NCBI GenBank assembly: GCA_964016885.1
Contig: OZ024742.1
Coordinates: 215,264,001 to 215,328,000, forward strand
Source of the DNA: Eledone cirrhosa
Taxonomy: Eukaryota
Direction: 5' to 3'
Length of the DNA stretch: 64,000 nucleotides
In this document: piece after piece, positions 42,368 through 55,096 of the stretch
Layout: every line of letters starts with the position of its first letter
Numbering within the stretch: the stretch's first letter is position 1
Position numbers and translations under genes: made by a program
Notes under the pieces: generated by a model
The model's input: only the letters and a program-made list of their open reading frames with translations
What the model was told of the DNA's origin: nothing
Database searches by the model: none

Positions 42368-43836
42368 AATAAAATAAGATACTGAGGTTGCATATATGGT
42401 TTAATCATAATAATTATTTCTACGGTTCTCAATGCAGTCGAGATGTCCTTTCATGCATTTGCTGTTGATTATGAGAACGATTTCCTCAGATGAAAATCGA
42501 TATATTTGATATGTCGCTGCAGGAACGCTGGTACAATCACTGCCACACCTTTAGGAGGGCGGATAAGAAGCACAGCACCGCCATCTCGGAACTAGTGTGG
42601 CGTCTCAAACCGGATAACGTAGAATTCACCATGTCGTGGTCCAAGGTAGCATTGGCTCAACCCTACAGAGAGGGTGGACATGACTCGTGCGATTTGTGTT
42701 CTACCGAGATTATAGAAATAATCAAGAGGGGAGCTCGAGTTATCAATAAAAGGAGTAACTTCTTCAGCACCTGCTCCATATCTTCTGGAAACTTCCTCAA
42801 ACTGTACGGACTAGCAACGTAGTGGTGCTAGTTGAACACTTTTGCAATATTGTCCGTGGAGGCTGGGTATAGCCTCGCGGCAACCCCAGCGTCACGCGAA
42901 CCTTGGCTATCTTGTTTGCACACCTGGAGTCTAATGTGTACTTGTTTCTTGTGCTTTGTTCCCTATTCCTCTGTTTATATACCTACTGCTGTTTTTTATG
43001 TGTTTTGCCCCGTTCCTTTATTATTGTGTTCTATATATGTGTTCTCGTTTCTTCTATTTGTTCCTGTTCCTACTTTCGCTTCCTGTAACTCTCTTCCATG
43101 GCCTAACAGCCCTTTTGATATTATTGTTGCCACTGTGGTTGGGACTGAATGCTATGATCATTGCTGGCCTTGTGCCTTCCAGTGATAGAGGAGGATTGTA
43201 TTAACTGGGAATGTTTTTATTTATATAAATACCCATCTATGTTTTCTATCGCATTTTCACCTCCTTGTTTCAACGGACTACTATTGTGGTTAGTTTAATT
43301 TTCATGGAACCGTGGCTTTTTTTCCTGTTGCAGCGGCCGTCGCCGTAGTGGGGTTATCGCTGGTTTGTTGTTGTTATTGGTGTTACAATGGCTTAATACT
43401 AACATAGATGATACCACCACTACTGCGACGAACGGGATGGGTGATGGGCGGTGTTGGTGTTTGTTGTCGTTGTCATTGTTGTTGTTACTGTTATGGTCAT
43501 GGTAATAGATACCACCAACTCTGTGTACCTACCTACGTCTAAATTCCTTTTTATTGCTTTGGCTTTATGGTTGTTTACGGTCAACATGGTGGTACCGTCA
43601 CTGCGACCCCTACGACCTGTATACACGACGCTAGTCCGTGTTTTTGCTGTTGTTATCGTTTGTTGCTGTTGTCGTTGTAAGTGTTTTTACTGTAGCTGTT
43701 GTTTTAGTTGTTGTGGTCAATAGGGTGATGGTATCAGCACGACTATTGCGACCAGTGTGGATAACTTTGGTCGGCGGTTTGATGTTATTGTCATTGTTGT
43801 TGTTGTAGTTGTCGTTGTTGTTGTTGTTGCTGTTGC

Positions 43837-43869
<33 letters not shown>

Positions 43870-44322
43870 CTATAAGGGGTCATCAACTAAATATATACCC
43901 CACCTCTCTTAAAACTCCATGCGTTGCTTCAACTGTCTACTCGGTTTTGGTTGCACACGGTTCTTCGTTCTTTTCGTCTTTTTTCGTTGATGACTTTTTC
44001 TAACAAACGCGACGGCTGGCAAACCCTTCAAGGAACTCATATCTATGCTGGGCGCACAGGCATTAGGTTGTGTATTTTCCTGGCAGCAACATATCAAATA
44101 TATCGCTGCTCATCTGAGGCAACCGTTCTCATAATCAACAGCAAATGCATGAAGAACATCTCGATTGCATGGAGAACCGTAGAAATATTTATTATGATTA
44201 AACGATATATGTAACCTCAGCATCTTATATTATTTTTATTAAATTCTCTATCGTAACTACAACAACGATTGTTGAGATCTTTCTCCTTCTTACTCCTGTT
44301 TTTACCAATACAATCTTTTCCG

Positions 44323-44325
<3 letters not shown>
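42368..44325 (+). mobile_element. 5'-truncated copy of the 17050-20308 Naiad family, with an inverted 5' pLTR (42368-42522) and a tail of about 90 bp
   Basis: 42523-44235 aligns with 18748-20308; 42368-42522 is the reverse complement of about 44080-44235. Confidence 0.9.
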
Positions 44326-44421
<96 letters not shown>

Positions 44422-44599
44422 TATTAACAAATGGAAACTATATTTATAAAACCATATTTATTTCATTATACATATGTCAAGAGTCACCAAGGCAAATTAT
44501 GGTGCGCTTTCATCAGATAAAATATATATAGGTTAGTTTTATAAATAAATATTGACATACCCTGAAAAAATGCAACCAGTCTTGTTGGAATCTCAACAA

Positions 44600-44669
<70 letters not shown>

Positions 44670-45191
44670 ATATTTGGGGAGGGTCATATTTGCGTAATAT
44701 TGCCAGAATTAATAACAGAACACACTCACTGTTTGGTTGGTTTTCGCTTCTCGCTGTCTTTTATATATATATATCTGCGATCTAACATACTCGGTCCTCA
44801 ATGTTGCCATTGACTGACCGGCGGTCAAAAATAATACAGATACAATATAGACAAACACATATATATATAGTTTACATAATTTACATAAATCTTTCGTTGC
44901 ACATCTGCAACATCGTCAGTGGTGTTATATTCATTGTTCCTCCTGTTGTGTTGTATGTCTACGCCATTTTTTTTGTTCAGTCTGTCTATATATTTATTTA
45001 TTTATTTGCTTGTTTGTTTATCTTATTTTATTTTGTCTTCTTTGCGCATGCGTTTGCGTGTGTGTATAGTGTTATGTGTGATGTGTGACTAGTGTGTATA
45101 GTGTTGTGTCTGCTGGGTGACTAGTGTGTGTTTATGTGCTTGTGTATGTATTTATTTATCTTATTTTATTTAATTTAATTTACTTATTTAT

Positions 45192-46694
45192 TTATACTTC
45201 TCTTAGGTCAGTGTTGTTTGTTTGGGTGTTGTTGTTGTTCCACTCATTCTTTCTGTTTAGCTTTGGTCTTCTAATTTCTATTTCACTGGCCTCTCTGATT
45301 TGCCTATCTGCTGGGTCATTCCTATGTTTAGATATTATTCTAATTTCTATGTTGTCTATGTTACCGTCATGTTGTTGTCTAGCATGTTCGTATAGTACTG
45401 ACCCGTTTTTTCGTCCTTTTAGTTCCCCCCAGTGTTGGTCTATCCTTTCACCTATGCTACGAGCTGTCTCACCTATGTATGTTGTTGTCGTGTTTCTGCA
45501 AGTACCCTCTGTACATCTTATGCTATAGACTACGTTTCTAGTTTTACAGTTTATCCGGGGGTTCACCTTACATATGATACATTTCCTATTGGTACAGTGG
45601 GTTTTCTTAAAAGGGTAGGTTTTGCTGATCAGGGATTTTATGGTGGTTCCTGGCTTTTCTACCACCTTTATTTTTAAGTGGGTCTTTCTCAGGGCCTTTC
45701 TACACTGGTTAGCTAATTTCCCTCCAGGGGTGGCGTCCACAAACATGACACTCTGATATCTCTGGTTGTCGTACCATGATGTGGCCTTCCCTATCTTATG
45801 TCTAGCCCTATCTAAGCTATTCCATGATTTGCTCCTGTATAGTGGGCAAATTCCTTTCATGTCCAGTTCTATGAGGGTCTTATACTTTTCCATGGCTCCT
45901 TCGTATACTCTGACTCTGTCTCTTTGGTTGTAGCCAGAGAACTGCATGCGGTTGATGAAGTGTTGGATGTGTCCTTCCATTTCTGTTGGGTCGCACATGC
46001 TGGACACATTCTTCATCACTCGTACCAAATCTGCGATCAGAATATTAAACTTAGCACTACTGGACATTGCTGAGTTTTTGAGTATCAGGTATTTGGAGGC
46101 CATGGGTTTAGCATAGTGTGAGTGGAGAATTTGGGCTCTCTCGTCTATAGTGTTAATCCAGAGTTCTGTGTCTAATACAGGTAGTCTATTGTTAGGGTGT
46201 TTGGAAGGGAAGTCTATAGTTACAGTTATACTCTGGTGTATGGAATTAGCTATCTGCTGGATGCTTTCCATCGTGCTATATTCTAAATCAAACTTGTTAG
46301 TGCTCTCTAGTGGGGGTGTTCTTATAACTATATTGATATCGTCTACATAACGAGAGTACATGATGAGGTCTATGGAGCTTTCATTAAGGAGATCTTTAAG
46401 TCTCCTTTCCCACCATACCATGAAAAGGTTGGCAACATCACCAGCTATGCTGACGCCGATGGCTGCTCCCTCATTTTGGGTGTAGATTTTCTCATTGAAC
46501 TTAAATATGTGGCCCTTTAGGGTAGTTTTGATACTAGCCCCTATTGCATGTGCGACCATTTTTCTTACCTGATCAGTGTTTTGGGGGGTCCGTATAGCTT
46601 TGGTCCACCCAATCCACCTTCCTATGGGAGTCTTTTTAGCCATTGAGGTTATGGTGGGGGGTCTACCTCTTATAGGTCTACTAGGGCAGAAACA
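45192..46694 (-). CDS. Inverted partial copy of the PLE RT/GIY-YIG ORF (C-terminal about 500 aa)
   Basis: Identical to the 3' part of the 46721-48856 ORF except one S/R change. The N-terminal extension in the ORF track (to 46787) is junction read-through. Confidence 0.85.
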   Translation of the reverse strand, partial: CFCPSRPIRGRPPTITSMAKKTPIGRWIGWTKAIRTPQNTDQVRKMVAHAIGASIKTTLKGHIFKFNEKIYTQNEGAAIGVSIAGDVANLFMVWWERRLKDLLNESSIDLIMYSRYVDDINIVIRTPPLESTNKFDLEYSTMESIQQIANSIHQSITVTIDFPSKHPNNRLPVLDTELWINTIDERAQILHSHYAKPMASKYLILKNSAMSSSAKFNILIADLVRVMKNVSSMCDPTEMEGHIQHFINRMQFSGYNQRDRVRVYEGAMEKYKTLIELDMKGICPLYRSKSWNSLDRARHKIGKATSWYDNQRYQSVMFVDATPGGKLANQCRKALRKTHLKIKVVEKPGTTIKSLISKTYPFKKTHCTNRKCIICKVNPRINCKTRNVVYSIRCTEGTCRNTTTTYIGETARSIGERIDQHWGELKGRKNGSVLYEHARQQHDGNIDNIEIRIISKHRNDPADRQIREASEIEIRRPKLNRKNEWNNNNTQTNNTDLREV

Positions 46695-46720
46695 AGCAGC
46701 GCACAAGGGATGGTGAGGTA

Positions 46721-48856
46721 GTGTGCCTACCCACAGATAAGTCTGGTAGGATGTCAATAGATAGCATGCCGAACTACATCGAGGCAATGCAACCCCACAT
46801 CACCAACACGAGCGAAGTTGCACAACTAACACACGATGGGAGAGAAAAAATCCTCAACGCTCACATGATCATGTGGACTGACATCCTAAAGCCAAGCAGA
46901 CGCACTGCCAACAACTTCCAGGCGTCTAACAATGGCATACCACCCTTGTATGGGCTCCGCAAAGACCACAAGACAGTCGACGACCCGACAACAGGACCAC
47001 CAACAAGACCCGTATGCGGAGCTAATATAGCTAGCAACTACAGGATCTCCTACTTCCTCTCAATGGTTATACGCCCCATAATCAAGATGTCCCCAGATGT
47101 ATGTGAAAGTACAGAGGACCTCCTCAGCAGAATCAGTGAGTGCAACAAAAACAGAAGCCTATCCAACTGCATAATAGGCAGCATGGATGTGGTGTCACTG
47201 TACCCATCCATTAACATTGATTTTGCTGTGAAAAGATGTGTGGAGATGATCATTGAGAGTGAGGTGGAGTTCTGCGACGTCGACACAGACGAACTGGGCC
47301 TCCTACTTAGACTTACCTACGACACTGACTACCTAGACAGCCATGACCTTAGATGTTTCTGCCCTAGTAGACCTATAAGAGGTAGACCCCCCACCATAAC
47401 CTCAATGGCTAAAAAGACTCCCATAGGAAGGTGGATTGGGTGGACCAAAGCTATACGGACCCCCCAAAACACTGATCAGGTAAGAAAAATGGTCGCACAT
47501 GCAATAGGGGCTAGTATCAAAACTACCCTAAAGGGCCACATATTTAAGTTCAATGAGAAAATCTACACCCAAAATGAGGGAGCAGCCATCGGCGTCAGCA
47601 TAGCTGGTGATGTTGCCAACCTTTTCATGGTATGGTGGGAAAGGAGACTTAAAGATCTCCTTAATGAAAGCTCCATAGACCTCATCATGTACTCTCGTTA
47701 TGTAGACGATATCAATATAGTTATAAGAACACCCCCACTAGAGAGCACTAACAAGTTTGATTTAGAATATAGCACGATGGAAAGCATCCAGCAGATAGCT
47801 AATTCCATACACCAGAGTATAACTGTAACTATAGACTTCCCTTCCAAACACCCTAACAATAGACTACCTGTATTAGACACAGAACTCTGGATTAACACTA
47901 TAGACGAGAGAGCCCAAATTCTCCACTCACACTATGCTAAACCCATGGCCTCCAAATACCTGATACTCAAAAACTCAGCAATGTCCAGTAGTGCTAAGTT
48001 TAATATTCTGATCGCAGATTTGGTACGAGTGATGAAGAATGTGTCCAGCATGTGCGACCCAACAGAAATGGAAGGACACATCCAACACTTCATCAACCGC
48101 ATGCAGTTCTCTGGCTACAACCAAAGAGACAGAGTCAGAGTATACGAAGGAGCCATGGAAAAGTATAAGACCCTCATAGAACTGGACATGAAAGGAATTT
48201 GCCCACTATACAGGAGCAAATCATGGAATAGCTTAGATAGGGCTAGACATAAGATAGGGAAGGCCACATCATGGTACGACAACCAGAGATATCAGAGTGT
48301 CATGTTTGTGGACGCCACCCCTGGAGGGAAATTAGCTAACCAGTGTAGAAAGGCCCTGAGAAAGACTCACTTAAAAATAAAGGTGGTAGAAAAGCCAGGA
48401 ACCACCATAAAATCCCTGATCAGAAAAACCTACCCTTTTAAGAAAACCCACTGTACCAATAGGAAATGTATCATATGTAAGGTGAACCCCCGGATAAACT
48501 GTAAAACTAGAAACGTAGTCTATAGCATAAGATGTACAGAGGGTACTTGCAGAAACACGACAACAACATACATAGGTGAGACAGCTCGTAGCATAGGTGA
48601 AAGGATAGACCAACACTGGGGGGAACTAAAAGGACGAAAAAACGGGTCAGTACTATACGAACATGCTAGACAACAACATGACGGTAACATAGACAACATA
48701 GAAATTAGAATAATATCTAAACATAGGAATGACCCAGCAGATAGGCAAATCAGAGAGGCCAGTGAAATAGAAATTAGAAGACCAAAGCTAAACAGAAAGA
48801 ATGAGTGGAACAACAACAACACCCAAACAAACAACACTGACCTAAGAGAAGTATAA
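46721..48856 (+). CDS. PLE polyprotein: reverse transcriptase + GIY-YIG endonuclease; 5'-truncated, reading frame intact
   Basis: PTDKSG, LYGLRKDHK, RPV, MDVVSLYPSI, QNEGAAIG, RYVDD, LPVLD, CxxxxCxxC...C linker, VVYSIRC...YIGET.RS..ER..QH, R.IRE, LNRKNEW. Confidence 0.95.
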   Translation: MCLPTDKSGRMSIDSMPNYIEAMQPHITNTSEVAQLTHDGREKILNAHMIMWTDILKPSRRTANNFQASNNGIPPLYGLRKDHKTVDDPTTGPPTRPVCGANIASNYRISYFLSMVIRPIIKMSPDVCESTEDLLSRISECNKNRSLSNCIIGSMDVVSLYPSINIDFAVKRCVEMIIESEVEFCDVDTDELGLLLRLTYDTDYLDSHDLRCFCPSRPIRGRPPTITSMAKKTPIGRWIGWTKAIRTPQNTDQVRKMVAHAIGASIKTTLKGHIFKFNEKIYTQNEGAAIGVSIAGDVANLFMVWWERRLKDLLNESSIDLIMYSRYVDDINIVIRTPPLESTNKFDLEYSTMESIQQIANSIHQSITVTIDFPSKHPNNRLPVLDTELWINTIDERAQILHSHYAKPMASKYLILKNSAMSSSAKFNILIADLVRVMKNVSSMCDPTEMEGHIQHFINRMQFSGYNQRDRVRVYEGAMEKYKTLIELDMKGICPLYRSKSWNSLDRARHKIGKATSWYDNQRYQSVMFVDATPGGKLANQCRKALRKTHLKIKVVEKPGTTIKSLIRKTYPFKKTHCTNRKCIICKVNPRINCKTRNVVYSIRCTEGTCRNTTTTYIGETARSIGERIDQHWGELKGRKNGSVLYEHARQQHDGNIDNIEIRIISKHRNDPADRQIREASEIEIRRPKLNRKNEWNNNNTQTNNTDLREV

Positions 48857-49123
48857 ATAAATAAGTAAATTAAATTAAATAAAATAAGATAAATAAATAC
48901 ATACACAAGCACATAAACACACACTAGTCACCCAGCAGACACAACACTATACACACTAGTCACACATCACACATAACACTATACACACACGCAAACGCAT
49001 GCGCAAAGAAGACAAAATAAAATAAGATAAACAAACAAGCAAATAAATAAATAAATATATAGACAGACTGAACAAAAAAAATGGCGTAGACATACAACAC
49101 AACAGGAGGAACAATGAATATAA

Positions 49124-49165
49124 CACCACTGACGATGTTGCAGATGTGCAACGAAAGATTTATGT
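49124..49165 (+). ncRNA. HHR motif in the Penelope 3' pLTR; mirror copy at about 44883-44924 (-)
   Basis: CTGACGA-t gttgca gatg tgcaac-GAAA-gatt-TA; stem II is perfect, stem I is short. Confidence 0.6.
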
Positions 49166-50597
49166 AAATTATGTAAACTATATATATATGTGTTTGTCTA
49201 TATTGTATCTGTATTATTTTTGACCGCCGGTCAGTCAATGGCAACATTGAGGACCGAGTAAGTTAGATCGCAGATATATATATATAAAAGACAGCGAGAA
49301 GCGAAAACCAACCAAACAGTGAGTGTGTTCTGTTATTAATTCTGGCAATATTACGCAAATATGACCCTCCCCAAATATAACAATATCTGTTTCGACACAC
49401 GATTTCATATAAAAAACCTCGCAAAACTATATATATATATGTATATATATGGTTCACTGCCCTTAAACACGCTGTGACTTCTCTCTCCCACGTGTACACA
49501 CGCTGATGAACCGAGGTTAACCCATTTCTTTCAACAAATTATTGGTGAAACATATCTTTGGATTAGTGTCTTTGGATTTGTATGTGTGTTATATAGTTAT
49601 AGAGGTATTTATTTACGCTTTAATTTATATGTTTAATTATCGTGTCTATAGTCTGCCTTTCATAGGTTATAGATTCCATACACTGGTGGTTTTTTTCCCT
49701 ATTTTATTGTTAACGCGCTGTATATCTCTCTCTCTCTGGTGAGTTACCTTTTCAACATATTGTATTGTAAAGAGCTCAGGATCTCTTCTCCTTTGAGCAC
49801 ATTAATTACAGGGAATAGCGAGGCCCTATGCCTCCGTTAATTTATCGTGATATATATATATTTATATATATATATTTATTAAAATAACAGATTGAAGATT
49901 AAGCAAAGAATCGCTGCTTTCACCCTTAACGGGATCTTCTGAAACTAACAAAGTGAAACTGTAGACGCCTAAGTGAATATTTAAAAAAACCTTGCAAACG
50001 GAGGAAGACAGGAAGACGATACTTTGGTTCGTGGAAACGAATATAATACGTCATTACTTGGAGCAGTGAAAAACAATTACACGCAAAGACAAAACCACGT
50101 TAAGGGTATAAAAGAAGTCGCACACTAATATTCTATTACGTGGTTCATAGAGATGTTCGTTGGCAATTAACAAAAAAGGCCAAGATAATGCGTCGTATGT
50201 GGACGCAAATACAAAACCACGTAAATGGATTAACTGAAGTCGTAGACAAGAATTCTAACTAGGAAAGCGAATGATTCTCGGCTTCAGAGTTAAGAATAAA
50301 GTAAATAAAATACAGAGATTGTTGAAATTATATGAATACATACACGCATCCATAAACGTACATACACAAGCATACGCGAAAAAACTCGCCATAGGTATAC
50401 AAATACACGCACGTACAGACATTAAAAAAAAACCCGCACGCACATACAGAACCCACGCAACGCCTGTACCCGCACGCATACAAATGTATACACCAAATAC
50501 TCATAAAAATATATGTTAAACATATCTCGGGAACAGTTTTGGATAGCGCTAGTTCGTAATTTAAATTCAAGAATTTTATATTCTTCGAATGAAAAGA

Positions 50598-50680
50598 ACC
50601 TTCTGACGAGAATCTTTCTTTGCAACGAAGGCCGTATGGTCTCCGTTTATTTTTGAGATTCGAAACCGATCGGTAAAGGT
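50598..50680 (+). ncRNA. Canonical type I HHR; predicted cleavage after GUA at 50675
   Basis: acctt-CTGACGA-gaatct...agattc-GAAA-ccgatcgg-TA-aaggt; all three stems pair. Confidence 0.88.
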
Positions 50681-50758
50681 AACTATAGTAGGTAAAGTCA
50701 ATTTTTTAAAATTTATTTTGAAACTTTTTCATTATTTGCTAAACCTTGTTTATATATA

Positions 50759-50794
<36 letters not shown>

Positions 50795-50814
50795 AATACA
50801 TATATATATATATA

Positions 50815-51036
50815 GTTTTGCGAGGTTTTTTATATGAAATCGTGTGTCGAAACAAATATTGTTATACTTGGGGAGGGTCATATTTGTGTAATATTGCCAG
50901 AATTAATAACAGAACACACTTAGGTTACCGATATAAAGGACATAGAAGCGAAAAGCGAAAACCAACCAAACAGTGAGTGTGTTCTATTATTAATTCTGGC
51001 AATATTACACAAATATGACCCTCGCCAAGTATAACA

Positions 51037-51040
<4 letters not shown>
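50815..51040 (-). mobile_element. Miniature insertion of the 44.7-49.4 kb Penelope family: tail plus pLTR (-) and an inverted piece (+)
   Basis: 50815-50920 matches 49322-49427 in reverse; 50921-51040 is the inverted pLTR ending 'tataacaatat'. Confidence 0.88.
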
Positions 51041-51131
<91 letters not shown>

Positions 51132-51223
51132 TATACACATATATATATATACATATATATATATATACATATATATATATAAATATATATATTATATATA
51201 TAAATACATATATATATATATAC

Positions 51224-51254
<31 letters not shown>

Positions 51255-51719
51255 AATACATATATATATATACATATATATACATATATATATATATATT
51301 AAGATAAGCAGAACAAGTAAAATTCAACCAATTTTTCAAAATAAATTGAAAAAATATAATATAAATATTTATGTATATGCAGAGGTTATATTTAATTTGT
51401 TGGGATTCAAAAAGCTTTAAAATGTTTATAACTGATATAAAGCACTCAACAATTTAGTAGAGTAAATACACTATATATTAATAAATGGAAACTATATTTA
51501 TAAAACTATATTTATTTTATTATACATATTTCAAGGGCAAACAAGGCAAATTATGGTGCGCTTTCATCAGATAAAATACAGATTTATTTTATAAATAAAT
51601 ACTGACATACCAGGAAAAAAAAGACAACCCTAACGGTTGGAGCTTCCTGGAAGGTCCAACCGTTAAGGTTGTCTTTTATATATATATACATATATATATA
51701 TATATAATATAAATACATT

Positions 51720-51752
<33 letters not shown>

Positions 51753-51769
51753 TATATATGTATATATAT

Positions 51770-51839
<70 letters not shown>

Positions 51840-52084
51840 AGGTTGGCAGATAGATAGATAGATACATACATTGTGTATGTGATTCAGTGAATTACTAGGG
51901 TTCGTACCCAAGTAAGCATTCGATGCATGTGTAGCGTGTATACGTTAAGGAAAACTATGCCGCTGCGTTCACATGTGGTTGGTTTCCTTTTATCGCGTAT
52001 GGACCCCTTACGCGCGTACCTACATGTAAACGAAACGTTATCCTGTTCTTTAATACGTATTTGAATCTCTCTCTCTCCCTCTTT

Positions 52085-52120
<36 letters not shown>

Positions 52121-52149
52121 TTTCTCTCTCTTTCTCTCTCTCTCTCTCT

Positions 52150-52201
<52 letters not shown>

Positions 52202-52427
52202 ATATATATATAAGTATATAACAGAATTAGAATTTAGCTTCGAGCATAGCTGTATATAGATATGTTTTGGAATTTCGTATTTCTAAAGAAATACGGTATA
52301 TTTATATGGAAGTATTTAGAAAGTCGTAGCTATGCAAAATCACTGGCAGCTATCACCACCTTACAGTGTCCAGCAGCATCAAGGGGGACAATCGTCGATG
52401 TATTTCGAACAGATCTTCTCATATATG

Positions 52428-52762
52428 GTTTCGTCCATATTTTTAGACATCCAATTATCAGGATATATCTAGAGTAACATACTCATCAGGAGAAAAATCA
52501 AAATTAGACATTTAATTTTCCAAAGTGATCGCTCCAAAAATAGATTCTAGCAACTAGCCTACCCGCCGTAAGCAACTAATCACATTCTTTCTAACTTGAC
52601 CACTGCCACGTCACGATTCTTAGCCATTTTTGAATCTATTTTTGGCTCGATCACTTTGGAAAATTAAATGTCTAATTTTGAGTTTTCTCCTGATGAGTCT
52701 GTTACTCTGGATATATCCTGACAATGGGATGTCTAAAAATACTGACGAAACCATGGTAGAGA
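52428..52762 (+). mobile_element. Fold-back PLE end (arms about 52428-52547 and 52632-52755) with a canonical HHR at 52686-52762
   Basis: tctc-CTGATGA-gtc...gac-GAAA-ccatgg-TA-gaga; a decayed mirror copy lies on the minus strand. Confidence 0.85.
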
Positions 52763-53043
52763 TATAATTACGGTATGTACACATTTCTTCTAAGTTTGAA
52801 TTTACACCTAATTGTCTATGGTTGACGGTATATTTAGTCAGTTTCTACATGCTGTTGAAATGTTGGATAAATACTCTATTGGGGCCACCGCGAAGAGGCC
52901 GCTTTCGGTTATTTGTAGGAAATTTCTTCATAGGACCCTTTATTCCTATAGCCTGGTCTAATTGATTTTTTATACGGTTAATTATGCTAACTGGGAGAGG
53001 AAATGGTATATATTTTATCTAATAATTCTAAGGACATGATTTA

Positions 53044-53108
<65 letters not shown>

Positions 53109-54234
53109 CACACACATGCATGCATTTGTGTTTGTGTGTGTGTTTGCGTGCATTTGTGTCACTGCGTGATACATATATGTGAGAATATATAACAATGCAA
53201 AGCCTACGAGATAGATAGGGAGTGCTTTATTAAGTAGTGGTACTGAGTAATGACATGAGATATGTGTACTTAGCAATTCTAGCCAGACCTGGAGATCACT
53301 ATTAGCTAAATAATCTCTAGTTATTCTTACGCATAAAGGAGACGATTCTTTAAAGAAAAAAAATATATAACACCTCCAGCCAACTCTAAGTGAGGTAGAA
53401 TAAGAAATGTAACATGATTCAATCCACCGTCCAATCTAGAAGTGTCGACAAATAGAACTAAGGATTTCTGAGCCTTATCAGCAAACACTTCATATATAGC
53501 CACACATGCCAGAGGATTTTCATCTCCCACAATGTTACATTTAGACTCAAATAACACACGTTATAACAGAAAGAAGCATGCACCTACGCAAGACCCACAC
53601 ATATCAATAGACAATTAACGGCACTCTTGCAAGTGTCTGTTGTGTTTATTTTACCATTCGAAGGCCCTGGTCAGCATTGTCACTTTCACCCTGTCGGTTT
53701 CCAGAGGAAATCTACATGCCTAATAGCCAATGAGTTCTAGATTTGATTTACCCATCTTTAGGTGTGGGACAGGGAGAATTTTAACACACTGTCTCGGATA
53801 ATATTGAGGCTTCATGTCAATGATCACATCTTCAAAAGTATATAGCGCATTCTGGACAGAGCATCTCCACACATCCATGTTAGACACATCTATCATAACT
53901 CCACCTGCAATAGGGAGCATACGTTGTTGTCGGCAACTAAGAATTCCCTATCAATGTACATCCGAATTTATAGAAAATAGAAAATTTTTTTAAGATTTTA
54001 TAGATATTTTATAAAAAATTCTGCCTACATATATACATATGTATTTGTGTGTGTGTGTGTGTAAAGATATGCATGTCTAGGATATATAAAATAATACACA
54101 CAGACATATGCTTATATGTATATGTGCATATATAAGTACATATGTATCTTTGCATGTATGTATATATACATATGTATATATGCATGTATGTATTGTATGT
54201 ATGTATATATATATTTTATATATGTATGTATGTA

Positions 54235-54317
<83 letters not shown>

Positions 54318-54464
54318 ATATGACTAACATGTTAAGTTTCAGCATACTAAAATATATCCCCCACATGATTGTTAATTCACATACCCAAACACACATTGGC
54401 ACATGCATTATATGTAAATTTCTTAACCTAACTGGAGAAAATATAGATCCTTTTCATGTTTATG

Positions 54465-54502
<38 letters not shown>

Positions 54503-54532
54503 CGTTTTGTTCCTCTGTTTATTGCCTTCTTG

Positions 54533-54568
<36 letters not shown>

Positions 54569-54746
54569 ATGAAGGGGATCATTATATTTGCGACTAATCG
54601 ATGATCGATCAACTATTATATTCTTTCCCATTCCGTTACAAAATTTACATATAATTCGTGTGCCAATGTGTGTTTGCATATGTGAATTAACAATCAAGTG
54701 GAGAATATTCCTTGGAATGCTGAAATTTAGCATGTTAGTCATATAT
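54318..54746. repeat. Diverged inverted repeat (54318-54465 vs 54565-54746) around TA tracts
   Basis: 'tatgactaacatg...aattcacata...cacacattggcac' is present in both orientations. Confidence 0.75.
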
Positions 54747-55096
54747 ATCCTTTTGACAATCTACTAGCACAGGCATTTAATATACAAGTGAAAGCATCCA
54801 CAACATGCATTTTCACTTTGATCTTTTTTCAATATACATAGGTAGCATATACACTTGTCTGCATATAAGAATTAGTAAGAAAATTATTGTGTTACTGCCT
54901 CTAGTGATCTTGCGGAATCTTTCGTTATTGAAATTCTTTTGTTAATTCAGCGTGTAAAACACAAATAATTTTATCGATATTTCAGTTTATTACTATTATT
55001 GATCTTTATATTCTAGTGTGCTACTTAAAGATATGTTATACCATTATATTCTTACTGTTATTATTTTATAAACATATAGGCTGGTATCATAATAAT

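Larger units (their letters stand above)
44662..49427 (+). mobile_element. Young Penelope-like element (Cys-rich linker, Neptune/Nematis-like) with a 2033-bp inverted 5' duplication, inserted in (TA)n
   Basis: 44662-46694 is the reverse complement of 47354-49386, with only about 3 differences noticed; unique centre 46695-47353; tail 49387-49427. Confidence 0.95.

Noticed and set aside
46695-46787. N-terminus MPRCSSAC... of the 531-aa minus-strand ORF as a separate protein
   Set aside because: It is antisense read-through across the inversion junction
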